Source: Tubiluchus corallicola (Eukaryota; Animalia; Priapulida). Taken from it: a DNA stretch of 64,000 bases. The stretch is from assembly GCA_030141605.1 (NCBI GenBank), contig JAQGDQ010001022.1, forward strand, positions 1 through 64,000, in the 5' to 3' direction. The position numbers and the translations under genes were made by a program. Below are positions 13,287 to 28,123 of this stretch, one piece after another. The notes beneath the pieces were generated by a model that searched no databases, was not told the DNA's origin, and was given only the letters and a program-made list of their open reading frames with translations. How positions within the stretch are numbered: position 1 is the stretch's first letter; every line of letters starts with the position of its first letter.

Positions 13287-14384
13287 TCACTCGAGCAATT
13301 TAGCCCATATTGAACGCAAAATGTTCCATTTTTCAGACATTTGGACAAATGATGGTTTGCCACAAAACATTTGGACGCAGGTAGTCGTGGACAAACATAT
13401 TATTTGGACATATAGAGGCACAATTTGGACAATTAACCCTTGTACGAACAATATAGGACATTTGGACGTGTGCTGCAACGTGTGCCGGACATTTTCGTTG
13501 CCCAACGTTTTACAATTTTCATCTCATGTAGCCTCAACGATGAACAGCAACTGACCTTTGGTCAAGCAAGACGAAAATCAACGACAAACAAAATCATTCC
13601 CATTCTTCACGAATTACGTCAAAAGCTGTTTATATGTTTATTCAAAATTTGACGAAGAACTCCACAACATATTTAATAGTTTCTGAAAAACTTGGTAGCA
13701 ATCTGATCTGTCTGCATGAGTCTGATATTTTATTTTTAAACTAATATTAAACCAAATAGTTCGAGTTTTGTGTTCAAACGTTTTTGGTGAAATAAATTCA
13801 GGATAAGAAATATACCACATTGAATACGTAGTTGTACATAGCCAATACGTTTAGGCCCTTCCTTTGTTATGAAACCCTTAATCCACCCCTGGGATTATGG
13901 GGCTCCTACCTGCTGTTGTGTCAGACGGTGTGGGCTGATGCGTGCCTCATACGTCACAAACGAACCCTGCTTTGTTTTCTTTTTCGAACATTTGTTCTAA
14001 CTGATAAGAACAGCGTCATTGGTATGACCCGGTCAGGCAACGCAATTAGAACTTTTCATGTAAAAAGAAAAACTTGCGTCTTTTGATAATTTAACGTGAA
14101 ATTATGTCATCATACAAGGTTAATTATGCCAGGTACCTAATACGTCACTAGTTGTCTGGTACAGCTGACGCTGGACCTTGGTCTTGTGGGTGGTCATTCA
14201 CGTTTATCCTCCAACTTTCAGCTCTGGAGAGGTTATTGTTTTCTACCAAGCAGAATCATTATCTTCATCATCTTTTTTAATTACTCACAAAGATTATTAC
14301 TTGTTGCATTAATTATTTATACTAAAACTCACTACTGTATAAATTTTTATACCTGCAAGGGATGAATAATAATGACAATGATAC

Positions 14385-14472
14385 AGTATTGATGATGATA
14401 ATAATAACAATGATGATGATAATGATGATAATAATAATGATGATGATGATGATGATGATGATTATGATGATT

Positions 14473-14511
<39 letters not shown>

Positions 14512-14539
14512 TTGATGTTGATGTTGATGTTGATGATGT

Positions 14540-14579
<40 letters not shown>

Positions 14580-14752
14580 AATGATAATGATAATGATAAT
14601 GATAATGATAATGATAATGATAATGATAATGATAACGATAACGATAACGATAACGATAACGATAACGATAACGATAACGATAACGATAACGATAACGATA
14701 ACGATAACGATAACGATAACGATAACGATAATGATAATAATAGTAATAATAT

Positions 14753-14797
<45 letters not shown>

Positions 14798-14812
14798 CAA
14801 AAATAATAAAAA
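14385..14812. repeat. Compound tri/hexanucleotide microsatellite (ATG, ATAATG, ATAACG)
   Basis: Direct reading. Confidence 0.95.
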
Positions 14813-14971
14813 TAATAGTCGTCATCATCATCACCAAATCGTGGCTTAATTTCTAACGGAAAAAACATCAAGTGTTAATCACTGTTTTTCAGTTTCACTT
14901 TACATAATTTCACATCAATACATTTCTAGACATTTCAAAGTAAAAACTAAACATCTCGGTTCTATTTTCAG

Positions 14972-15112
14972 CATCCACTGTTTGCGTTGTTTGTGATTCA
15001 CGTTCAAATGAAGGATGTGGAGATCCATTCAAACCAAACGAGTACATGAGAGAAATAGAGTGCCCTTCCGGTTCCTGTAAAAAGATTACCAGTATTGCTA
15101 AAGTTGATGCTG
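14972..15112 (+). CDS. Ly6/three-finger gene A, exon 2
   Basis: ttttcag| acceptor and G|gtaggt donor; 141-nt phase 1-1 exon encoding STVCVVCDSRSNEGCGDPFKPNEYMREIECPSGSCKKITSIAKVDA. CxxCxS...C.DPF...C...C.K is the quiver/Ly6 N-half pattern. Confidence 0.88.
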
Positions 15113-15454
15113 GTAGGTAGTTTTTGTTTAGTCTTATAAACTAAAAACACAGAAAACAGGTATAAGTAACAGGGTTATATTTTGATTTAACTTCAAAATT
15201 TAAGGTTTCAAAATTCAAAAATTAATTACGTAGCTTTCGCTTATTTGGAAGACACTCGTGTTAACCAATCACAAAATTTTCAAATTCTTTTTTCCTTGTG
15301 AAACTTTTAATGACAAGGATTTTGACGCCCAAGACTTTAATAGCTTATTTTCGTTGTGTCCATACGCTTTGCCCTTTTTCTGATTTGTCAAACAATATAT
15401 TTTGTCTATGAATTTGCAATGTTCTAAAATATTACCGCCAATTTTTTCGGTGAT

Positions 15455-15790
<336 letters not shown>

Positions 15791-15819
15791 TAACAGGCGT
15801 TAACAGGCTTGAAGAACAA

Positions 15820-16420
15820 GAAAAGGGGCAAATGAAGTAGGTTTCCGAAAAATCGCCATTATACTACTTTACAACAATTTTACGCCAATTCGCACTCGTG
15901 TTGAAAGGAATTTTTGTTTGTTTTCATTTTAAATTTCCCGCAATTCTGTCCCGATCACGCCATTACATGACGTCATATACGCACGACTTAAATCAGGGGA
16001 AGAAAAGGAAATGTTAAACTAAGTCCTAAAAAACTTTCCATGCAAATCTATATTAGTCGGCATTTCGCTTACCTGCTTCAAAGATTTACGTAACTAGAAA
16101 AGAAAATTATTAATTATTTAAAATGTTTTTACCAATTGGTAAAATGTCGCTGACTCACCCTCCAGGGTGCACCACTCACTAACCAAAAACGTACTTTTAA
16201 TCTTATTGAGAAGATACAGTAATTTAAAATTTTACTTAGTTAGTGACATGTGCACTACAAATGCTATGATTATTTTTTCAAACTTTACACAAAGTTATCT
16301 AGGCTTGTTTCAAATGACCTGTCGTGAAAATGGCTGCGTCTAACGGTCATCCGAGAGTTTAGCTTTACAGGCTTTATATATTACTGCCGACGCAAGCCAT
16401 GTACGGAATAAGGTAGTTTG
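15820..16420 (+). mobile_element. Dispersed repeat family B (probable non-autonomous DNA transposon)
   Basis: Colinear similarity to 29520-30005, 36205-36600, 33236-33360 and (reverse) 60370-60545. Confidence 0.7.
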
Positions 16421-17001
16421 TATTTGATATAAAATTTCGAAGACGAATTTTTGAAGCTTCATGCAAGTGGAGGGTTTTCTTGCACTTTGAAAATTTTAAA
16501 AAATTCTATCAAATTTGCAGTGAGAAATTTCACACCAACAAAATGAATCGAAATTGTTTTCATTCATAACTATTCGGTTATCCAATTCCATTTTTGAAAA
16601 CTGCTAAACTTTAATATCCTGTCTGTGGATAATTGCTGTTAAGATAAATGTTCAGCCTCAGTAACGTGTTGTTTAATACGGGTCCAGTGACTTCTATACC
16701 AAAGCCGCCGTTGCGTAATTTTCCATATGTTAATGTTATGTTGATCACGTGTGCCGCGTATCGCTCGTTCGCACGCGGTAAATGCGTTTGTGATCATTTT
16801 GTTGGTGGTCAGATCAACTTTCATCTGTTTACGTTACTGAATGTCGCTTGATCCCGTCTTGTAATAACACTGTCCTGGAGATTAGGGATCTTTGTCATTA
16901 ATTTAGGGAATCTGGATCCGACGAAAGAGGACACAATATTACCAACTTTCGAGAACACAGAGATTTATTAATAAAGTGTTGGTCCCGCTTATTTTGCATC
17001 A

Positions 17002-17260
<259 letters not shown>

Positions 17261-17267
17261 AGATTGC

Positions 17268-19196
17268 TCGATTACATATCTAATGTCTAGAGTAGTTTGT
17301 CAGCAGAAGTCGAGCAAGCATTATAAGACAGCAGTTTTAAACTGAGCAAAACGTCAGTGTGTTCGATTACGTATCTAATGTCTAGAGTAGTTTTTCAGCA
17401 GAAGTTGAGCAAGCATTATAAGACAGTAGTTTTGAACTGAGCAAAACGTCAGTGTGTTCGATTACGTATCTAATGTCTAGAGTAGTTTGTCAGCAGAAGT
17501 TGAGCAAGCATTATAAGACAGCAGTTTTAAACTGAGCAAAAACGTCAGTGTGTTCGATTACGTATCTAATGTCTAGAGTAGTTTGTTAGCAGAAGTTGGG
17601 CAAGAATTATAAGACAGCAGTTTTGAACTGAGCAAAAACGTCAGAGTGTTCGATTACATATCTAATGTCTAGAGTAGTTTGTTAGCAGAAGTTGAGCAAG
17701 CATTATAAGACAGTAGTTTTGAACTGAGCAAAACGTCAGTGTGTTCGATTACATATCTAATGTCTAGAGTGGTTTGTCAACAGAAGTTGAGCAAGCATTA
17801 TAAGACAGCAGTTTTAAACTGAGCAAAAACGTCAGTGTGTTCGATTATATATCTAATGTCTAGAGTAGTTTGTCAACAGAAGTTGAGCAAGCATTATAAG
17901 ACAGCAGTTTTAAACTGAGCAAAAACGTCAGTGTGTTCGATTACATATCTAATGTCTAGAGTAGTTTGTCAACAGAAGTTGAGCAAGCATTATAAGACAG
18001 CAGTTTTAAACTGAGCAAAAACGTCAGTGTGTTCGATTACGTATCTAATGTCTAGAGTAGTTTGTCAACAGAAGTTGAGCAAGCATTATAAGACAGCAGT
18101 TTTAAACTGAGCAAAAACGTCAGAGTGTTCGATTACATATCTAATGTCTAGAGTACTTTGTTAGCAGAAGTTGAGCAAGGATTATAAGACAGTAGTTTTG
18201 AACTGAGCAAAAACGTCAGTGTGTTCGATTACATATCTAATGTCTAGAGTAGTTTGTTAGCAGAAGTTGAGCAAGGATTATAAGACAGCAGTTTTGAACT
18301 GAACAAAAGCGTCAGTGTGTTCGATTACATATCTAATGTCTAGAGTAGTTTGTTAGCAGAAGTTGAGCAAGCATTATAAGACAGCAGTTTTGAACTGAGC
18401 AAAAACGTCAGTGTGTTCGATTACATATCTAATGTCTAGAGTAGTTTGTCAGCAGAAGTTGAACAAGCATTATAAGACAGTAGTTTTGAACTGAACAAAA
18501 CGTCAGTGTGTTCGATTACATATCTAATGTCTAGAGTAGTTTGTTAGCAGAAGTTGAGCAAGGATTATAAGACAGTAGTTTTGAACTGAGCAAAACGTCA
18601 GTGTGTTCGATTACATATCTAATGTCTAGAGTAGTTTGTCAACAGAAGTTGAACAAGCATTATAAGACAGCAGTTTTGAACTGAGCAAAAACGTCAGTGT
18701 GTTCGATTACATATCTAATGTCTAGAGTAGTTTGTTAGCAGAAGTTGAACAAGCATTATAAGACAGCAGTTTTGAACTGAGCAAAAACGTCAGTGTGTTC
18801 GATTACATATGTAATGTCTAGAGTAGTTTGTCAACAGAAGTTGAGCAAGCATTATAAGACAGCAGTTTTGAACTGAGCAAAACGTCAGTGTGTTCGATTA
18901 CATATCTAATGTCTAGAGTAGTTTGTCAGCAGAAGTTGAGCAAGCATTATAAGACAGCAGTTTTAAACTGAACAAAACGTCAGTGTGCTCGATTACATAT
19001 CTAATGTCTAGAGTAGTTTGTTAGCAGAAGTTGAGCAAGCATTATAAGACAGCAGTTTTGAACTGAGCGAAAACGTCAGTGTGTTCGATTACATATCTAA
19101 TGTCTAGAGCAGTTTGTTAGCAGAAGTTGAGCAAGCATTATAAGACAGTAGTTTTGAACTGAGCAAAAACGTCAGAGTGTTCGATTACATATCTAA
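17268..19196. repeat. 95/96-bp minisatellite, ~20 copies
   Basis: Unit TCGATTACATATCTAATGTCTAGAGTAGTTTG...AAAACGTCAGTGTGT repeated head-to-tail. Confidence 0.97.
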
Positions 19197-20171
19197 CTCC
19201 CCCATGTTTCTTCACAAACATGAAAACCATCTGTCTGAGCGCGTTAACTTCATTCACGTTCACGTCTCATACGATGTAGCTACTGTTATTTCTGGACTCC
19301 AAAAAACGTCTAATCTGCTTGTGCATAGTTAGCAATTAGTAACTACGGTTACACATGACAAGTTGGAACGTACAGGATATCACTCTAATCTGAACGGCTG
19401 CTATCAGCTCGCGTGCCCTGCATAATTAATCATAATCAGTGATCGGGAAGCTTTAAATTTCTGGGAACATTCCAGGTTCTCATCCCCGGAACACCTGGAT
19501 AGTGAGCTGATGAAGTAGGTGATGAGAAGCAGGCACGCAATAGTGATACCCGAGTGAAGGGAGGTCGTATATTATTGCTTTTATGTCTAGATTGTCACAA
19601 CATGGCATAAAACAAGATATTTAGTGAAAATAAACTTGAATTTCAACATCATCTCTTAGTTTTGTTTTAACAAATATATTTCTATAAATGTGAGATTTGT
19701 CTGAACATAAATATTTTATTTATTACTTAACTTTTGCTAAGTATTTTTTCCTTATTTTTTATTATTGCCTGTACGCGACTGAGACGCCAAGCGCTCTATT
19801 TAAAGGTTGAAACTGATTGATGGCGTACTGTAGATAGAATACAGAGATTCTGTAATTATGGAGAAACCCAAACTGAAAATCACATTTTGATGGACTGTCA
19901 TTTAACAATTGAAATTCAACAATGTTGACTTTACATCATCATTAAAGTCAATTATGAATAGTAATTTTATGTTTGAGATCTGTTTCAACATTTCTAAGAA
20001 TTTATAAATAAGAAAACGTACTAATTTTTGCAAGTACCATAAATAAAACTTCTGTACGCTCAGCTCAGTCATTATCATATCTTTTTTTGACACTGAATGA
20101 AAATCTGTTATTGTAGACTTTTTAAACCTTTGCCTTGTTAAAGACTGTAAATATTAATTTTATGATAATTA

Positions 20172-20845
<674 letters not shown>

Positions 20846-21342
20846 GGTACGCAATTCGTATGCACTGTATTGTAAAAAATATTGTCAACTGCTTTCAAAA
20901 AGTTGAAATTGCAACAACATTGACAATTTTAGAACCTTTGAGTCTTCCAGATTCGAGTTGGTCTTCGTATCATAATAATTTGTTTAACTTGTGCAGGTGG
21001 AAATGAATAATTTTCATTGTCTGTGGACGTGCCACGCCCACAAGTCTCACGTAACAAAGGAAGAAAAGAACGCATTTTCAACTTTCTGTGCTTTTCTTGA
21101 ACCCAATGATAACTCGTTCAAGTTTTGTCATTCACAATTCTCCTCATTCATCTCGCCTTTTGACTTTTTCTTGTTGTTTTTTGCGCCTTCGGAAATAGAT
21201 TTTCATAATTTCCATTTCCGGTGGCTCATCTTAGGTATAATTGCGAGGCGTCATCCTGCCCAAGCTTGAATGAATGAATGAATGAAAGACAGTCGGCTGG
21301 TCGTCTGTCAAGTTTAATAGCAAACTGGAGTTCAAGCGTGGG

Positions 21343-21972
21343 TAGGGGCGTAGCAAGTGCTTGTGGTACCCGGGGGCAAAGAACTTTTGGCACCCTATTC
21401 CTTAAATGTTTAGATCATTTGTTTCGTGAGTAAAGCCACAAACTGTGCGCGTTTTTTGCGTCCCTGAGCCCGACTTTCCTTTCTTGACATGATGGGATAA
21501 AGATAAACAAATTTTTCTAAGAATCATTCTGTGTTTGATTTGTGGTACTGCAGCAGAGTAACTCTTTTCTATGCATTAGTTGCTCATAACACTAATGTCA
21601 TAAAGCATTCAGCTCCAGCATTAAAACATGCAAAGATTATGAAAGATACAGAACACTACAGGTTTTCACAATAATAGAATCAGCATTTAGAGAAACGTCA
21701 TTGTTTCTCTGTGGCTAGGCCTGCTGCGACACACACCGTTAAGTAACAACATTAACTTTTTTTCTAGGTTGTATGTAGTAATTAAGTCAGCTATGATGAT
21801 TTCCGACTGGGCAATTTTGTTTTAGTTTGAAAACTTTTCTTAATTGTTTTGTTAATGTCCGATTAGTAATTAATAATTAACAGTCATTGAAATGTAGAAG
21901 AATTTTGCACCTTCTCAGCCCTTGCACCCCGGGGGCGCTTGCCCCGGTCACCCCCACCTGGCTACGCCTCTG
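21343..21972. mobile_element. hAT (Tip100-like) MITE with 8-bp TSD AGCGTGGG
   Basis: TAGGGGCGTAGC ... GCTACGCCTCTG termini; identical AGCGTGGG at 21335-21342 and 21973-21980. Confidence 0.85.
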
Positions 21973-22175
21973 AGCGTGGGTTGAAGTAATACGTGTATTG
22001 TTGTTAACTTGATGTACAACTTGGCATCACGCGTCCTGTCGCTGTGTTTGATTTTGTGGCGCAGCATCAGAAGTTTGTTAAACCGCTGCTAGTGTCGTAA
22101 AACAAATCTCATACTTCCTTATCCATTAATAAAACGTTACAGCTTGTTTGATTTTACTTGATTTGCTCTGCTGAA

Positions 22176-23160
22176 AATATAATATAATATAATATAATAT
22201 AATATAATATAATATAATATAATATAATATAATATAATATAATATAATATAATATAGTATAGTATAGTATAGTATAGTGTAGTATAGTATAGTATAGTAT
22301 AGTATAGTATAGTATAGTATAGTATAGTATAGTATAGTATAGTATAGTATAGTATAGTATAGTATAGTATAGTATAGTATAGTATAGTATAGTATAGTAT
22401 AGTATAGTATAGTATAGCATAGCATAGCATAGCATAGCATAGCATAGCAGAGCAGAGCAGTAGAGTAGAGTAGAGTGTAATGCAATGTAATGTAATGTAA
22501 TATCATATCATATCATATCATATCATATCATATCATATCATATCATATCATATCATATCATATCATATCATATCATATCATATCATATCATATCATATCA
22601 TATCATATCATATCATATCATATCATATCATATCATATCATATCATACCATACCATACCATACCATACCATACCATACCATATCATATCATACCATACCA
22701 TACCATACCATACCATACCATACCATATCATATCATATCATATCATATCATATCATATCATATCATATCATATCATATCATACCATACCATACCATACCA
22801 TACCATATGATATCATATCATATCATATAACACAACACAACACAGCACAACACAACACAACACAACACAACACAACACAACACAACACAACACAACACAA
22901 CACAACATAACGTAACATAACATAACATAACATAAAATAAGTAGGTAGGTAGGTAGGTAGGTAGGTAGGTAGGTAGGTAAGTAAGTAAGTAAGTAAGTAG
23001 ATAGGTAGTAGGTAGGTAGGTAGATGGGTAGGTAGGTAGGTAGGTAGGTAGGTAGGTAGGTAGGTAGGTAGGTAGGTAGGTAGGCAGGTAATTAGGTAGG
23101 GAAGTAAGTAAGTAAGTAAGTAAGCAAGCAAGCAAGCAAGTAAGGAAGCAAGCAAGTAAA
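22176..23160. repeat. Compound pentamer then tetramer microsatellite
   Basis: Blocks AATAT, AGTAT, AGCAT, ATCAT/ACCAT, ACAAC, then AGGT/AAGT/AAGC. Confidence 0.96.
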
Positions 23161-23907
23161 CAATGAAATACAAGTAGAAAAAGAAAAACGCCCATCTATG
23201 CACTAAACACGAATCAAACGATTCAGACCTCCTACCTCAGTTTAATAGGACAAAAGAAGCATTTAAGCGCATTCTTTCCATACCGTCTATTAACTTCTCA
23301 ACTTGTTATGAAAGATTTTACGGGTTCTTATCGCTTGGAGGTTGAAACTGAATCTGCCGGGCACAGATAACCACAGTTAGCAAACACGGCTACTGCTTGC
23401 AACCTTGTCATATCGTGTGCCTACGTCGTAAACAAACGGTGATATAAGTAACACTTCACAGCTTACGTTTAATAAACTGTTTGAAATGTTGATGTGGTTT
23501 GATTGGAGTTGTAAATGTTAAATGAATGTGTGAAATGCACGGCATTTATATGTGTTGCATTGTGGGATACGTTATTGAATTTAACCCTTAACTGATCACA
23601 GGATTTTATATTACAATAAAGACCAATCAGGGTAAAAAATTACCCCATGAAAGTTTTGCTTAAAAAGTGTTACTAACTGGACAGAGTGACCAGTTGGTAA
23701 TTGAGAAGCTCCTATTAGTACAAAACCAAGTTCTGGGTCAAGTTGTTGTAGATATATGAGGTCACCAAGGATAAAAAAGGTTTCCACCATTGCACTATAC
23801 TGTTTACGCTATATTAATTTAAGTTTGGTTTATCAAGTGTCGCGAAAAATTTTATAATAGCCCGAAGATGTTCACTGTTTAATTCTAAGACATCCACTTT
23901 GTCTTCA

Positions 23908-24280
23908 TGTTGTGTTTTGTTTCTCTCGGAAGGCTCGTAGAGAAAACCAGAAAACACTTCGTCAAATCAAACTAGTTTATTAAGCGAGAATTCTACAACA
24001 CAAAAGTATGAAGGAACACGAAATGTTTACAGTAAACGTGAAAATCTGGAAAACGTTTGAGGGTATCTGAAAATGTAAGTATACAAGAGAATGTGTAAGT
24101 GGCGTCCGTGTGAATCTGTGTGTGAGTGTGTCTCAGCGGCCTGCTTCTTCTTATATAGCGTGCCAGGGAACATTCTAGACGTTTCCTTCTAGAACATTCT
24201 ACAACGTAAGACGATTATTCTATTGGAACATTCTACAATGTTCTATTTAATTCTAATAGATGCCAGCGATCTCCACAACA
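23908..24280 (-). mobile_element. Solo LTR (BEL/Pao-like), 5-bp TSD CTTCA
   Basis: TGTTG...CAACA termini with CTTCA on both sides; reverse-complement homolog of 45163-45529. Confidence 0.88.
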
Positions 24281-24781
24281 CTTCACTTGCTGGATCGTCT
24301 AAAATTTTATCTTCATCAGCTTCAAGCTTAGTCACCTGTGCAGCTAAAGTTCCCGCCATGTTACTAAATGAAGAATGGCCACAAAAATGAAATTTCCACA
24401 TCAGATCGTTAGAAAAATCTCTTTGCAGCGGTGTAGGCATAAATTGGACGTTTACAGCACTTCTCAGTTGTCAAAATAAACATAATGTTGCTGCCAGAAA
24501 GAAAAGTACTTCTATGTAAATTACAAAATTTTTCCCATGTAAACGACAAAGAGGGATAATGAATTATCCAAGATCAGGTTGTATCTGGCGCTTGTGCTTT
24601 GTAAAAAGACGCGTTAAAGCACAAGAAAACGCTTCATAAATATAAAGCTTTAAAAATTCATTTTGAAATTTTATATTTCTTACATACTGCCTTTTTGCAT
24701 ACAGGACTTCAATCGACAGTAACGCTGTATAAAACATGTAAATTTAAACACCCGCGATGACCGTTAGAGCGAACTTAAATC

Positions 24782-25259
24782 TTAAAGGAAAACATGATGC
24801 TTCCTCATTTTGAAGTACGGTAAAAACTACACATTTTAAGATCATTAATACCGGAAAAGCGTTTCTGATAATTAAATAATCGATTAAAATGGCAATTAAT
24901 GGAGGGGCGAGCCCAACTATTGATGACATCACAAACGAACATAATTTTCAACAACAAAAATATTCCATGAGCGTGTTGCACGTGTTTATGAAAGTAAAAA
25001 TTGACGTGCAGTGCTACTATAAGATATTCAGTGTGTTGTACTGAAACTAGGCATGTTTTAAGATGAAAATTCAAATTTCAAATTTACTGCTGTGCTCACG
25101 TATGAGCTGCCGAACGTGTGTTGTACATCACAAACGAACAGATCTGAACTGAGAGGTGCGGCACCTGCCTTTTGTGCAACGCGTTTCCGAAATAGCAGCT
25201 ATTTTAAAAAATACATTGCTTTGATCTACACTTCAAGATTGGGTACGCTTTTCCTTTAA
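24782..25259 (-). mobile_element. Kolobok-like MITE family A, both termini intact (internally deleted)
   Basis: TTAA-AGGAAAA ... TTTTCCT-TTAA; body matches the other family A copies. Confidence 0.82.
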
Positions 25260-25719
25260 TTTCTATTAAGATAAAAATATATCCAGGGCGGTTATAAACT
25301 GCTTCCGTTGAGTTTCATTATTGAGTCACTTCCGTTGGTTTGGAAGTTCGCGAATTACAGGAAAACTTGGAACAAGGTTACAACGATGCTGTTAGTGTCA
25401 CATATTACATCACAGGAATTCAACGTAAACCAGAACATAAACAGTTAAACATCTCACACCATCTGTCTGCAAAGTTTACCCAATAACTCAGTAGTTGGTT
25501 ATCAATAGCTGGTATGCGAGGTTAGATCAGCCGACTCATGTTACATTTTACATGTTATTGTAGCGTTGCGGTGCGCCTTGTTGTCGATATTCAAGTGAAG
25601 CAGCAGTGGCTTCATGGATGTAAAGCTCGGTTAACGAGTTATGTCTTGTCCACGAAGCCAAATTACATGATCTAGTTTAGTCTTCTGAATGTTGAAAGAA
25701 ATACTTGTGTTGATGCTAT

Positions 25720-25751
<32 letters not shown>

Positions 25752-26160
25752 GCTGCTGCTGTTGTTGCTGCTGCTGTTGTTGTTGTTGTTGTTGTTGTTG
25801 TCGCTGTTGTTGTTCTTGTTGCTGCTGCTGCTGGTGGTGCTGCTGCCGCTGCTGTTGTTGTTGATGTTGTTGTTGTTGCTCCTGTTGGTGCTGCTGCTGC
25901 TGTTGTTGTTGCTGTTATTGTTGTTGCTGTTGATGCTTCTGTTGTTGCTCCTGTTCCTACTGCTGTTGCTGTTGTTATTGTTGTTGTAGTTTTTTCCTGT
26001 TGTTGTTGTTCATATTCTTGTTCTGCTGCTTGTTGATGCTGTTGATGGTGTTGTTGTAGTTGTTGCTGCTGCTGTTGTTGCTGCTGCTGCTGTTTTTGTT
26101 GTTGCTGCTGTTGCTGTTGTTGGTGTTGCTGTGTTGTTTTTGCTACTGTGTTGCTGTTGT
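25720..26160. repeat. Imperfect (GTT/GCT)n tract
   Basis: Direct reading. Confidence 0.93.
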
Positions 26161-26317
26161 GAGTGTCGTCGCCGCTATCTCGACAATCAGTTAGTTGATG
26201 TTATTGTGCAGAAAAAGTTTTTATGTAGGAATCTCTTCATTTTTCTGAGTGGCGTAAATTACAAATGTCTAATCGCAGATGTCCATTTAAGGCACTAAAA
26301 TGTTTTTAGTGCTTTAA

Positions 26318-26701
26318 TGACTAAGATGGGTAGGACAGTTAATAATATTGTGAGAAACAACACTAGTAAAATTAGCATTAAACAGAACCAAAGAAAAATA
26401 TCGAAGCACTAAAATCAGAATCAGGGGACTAAGATGAGTAGGACATTTAATAAGATTGTCAGAAACCACATCAGTAAGTTTAACATTAAACGAGGCACTG
26501 AAACCTGCTAAAAGACCTCCAGGCAAAGCAAAAGCAACTTGGATATCAAGAATTGATAAAGATTTACAACACCTGAGAACAAGCTTAACAATAGCATCAC
26601 AGAAGTTGAAAATTTTAACAGCCGGCAGGAAACAGTTTAGTGCTGTAATAAAGAATAGAGGCTCAGTGTCTAGAATAGATGTTTAGAAGAAGAAGAAGAA
26701 A
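26318..26701 (+). mobile_element. RTE-clade LINE 3' fragment with (GAA)n tail
   Basis: LR*VGHLIRLSETT...KRPPGKAKATWISRIDKDL resembles the RTE ORF C-terminus (LRW.GH..R...RP.GRP..TW...I..DL); ends in GAAGAAGAAAGAAGAA. Confidence 0.7.
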
Positions 26702-27180
26702 ATTATGTCGGTGTCTTCTCGGTCACAAAAATACAGCTGTTGTAACTTGGTTATAGGAAAGTCAATTATTACAGTCAGCAGTCTGAGCACAGCTATGGTT
26801 ATTTGTGATTGCCTTGAATATTATCACAGCGTAAAAGTTCATGTTTACCTTGGTATTGCTTGTTTATTATGACGAGGGATGTGTGAGTTTATTTTGGCAA
26901 CTACAACCTACTATCGATTTGCAATTTATTTTGTTACTAGTGTGACTGTCGCCTAGTGGGCACCCACGTATTAGCACCCTGGGCAAGGCCGTCTGCATGA
27001 TCAGCTGAAATCCGAGTGTTTATTCCACTTTATCTGACAGACGTATTGAAACGCTCTACGTTTAACAAGGTTTTATTAACGCGTCATGAATTGAGTTTCA
27101 GTTTTATCTGAAATGTGTTCGGTTTTTAGTCTCAATGTGACGATAACAGTTCACGAAAGTGTGAAAATACCAGGAAAGGA

Positions 27181-27527
27181 ATAAGGCATTTCACAGTTCT
27201 AGCGATTGATGATGATCGTGAAAAAGTCAACGGTTAAGTGTACCTAACAACGCATTTGTGTACACTTGACAACGCCTCGCAGCCCATGCTGTTGTAATAG
27301 TAACAGTTTTAACAGCTAGCTAGAACCTTACATAGTTCATTTTTCTTGTTTCCAAGTAAGATCCTGCTAGTAAAGCACTTTACGCACAGACTAATGCATA
27401 ATTAAGTAAAGTTCAAGTAGAACAACTGTAGTTACTGAATTGATGCAGTGGACGGCTTTGCTTTACACATGTCACGTGACGGTTGTAGTTAACACGCGTT
27501 ACTGTGGTACACTTAACCTTTGACCTA
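27181..27527 (-). mobile_element. Dispersed repeat family C
   Basis: Reverse-complement match to 60565-60880 and 45020-45750; also matches 58645-58830. Confidence 0.75.
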
Positions 27528-28110
27528 AAATACAAGGAAGAGGCTGGTTTGATCACGGCATATCAGTCGTATGTACGGCCATTACTTGAGTATAATACTC
27601 CTGTATGGAATCCTCATGAAAAAGCTTTAATTGATGTTTTTGAACGAGTACAAAGATATTTTACAAGTTGTTTCTGTCTACAAGTCGTAACATCGATTTT
27701 TCATGATACACACACCAGCTTAACAACACTGAATTTACAACCTCTACAAATTAGCAGATGGTATTTTTACTTGAAATTGCTGTTAAAATATGTAAAAACC
27801 TCGTCGATTTAAATTTTGATGAATTTTTTGATTTTGTACCGCGGGTAGGCCTTAGAGGCCACAGCTATAAATTGTATAAAAAACATTGTAAATTGAATAA
27901 GTTTTCCTTTTTGAATAGATTTGTAGAAATTTGGAACTATTTGCCACAAGAAATGCTAGATGCGAACTCAGTAAAAGTATTTGATTCAAAACTAAACGAA
28001 TTAAGTTTAATGAACTATTGCAAATTTAGTTACAACTAATAATTCTAAGGTGCCTGTAAGAGCTTTTAGTCTTAGTAGGTGGGCTTCTTTATTCAATAAT
28101 CTGTTAATTT
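27528..28110 (+). mobile_element. CR1-clade LINE 3' fragment (degenerate)
   Basis: YQSYVRPLLEYNTPVWNP...ERVQRYFT and RGHSYKL...FLNRFVEIWNYLP...FDSKL are CR1 ORF2 C-terminal motifs; frameshifted; short 3'UTR then (TA)n. Confidence 0.85.
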
Positions 28111-28123
28111 ATATATATATATA

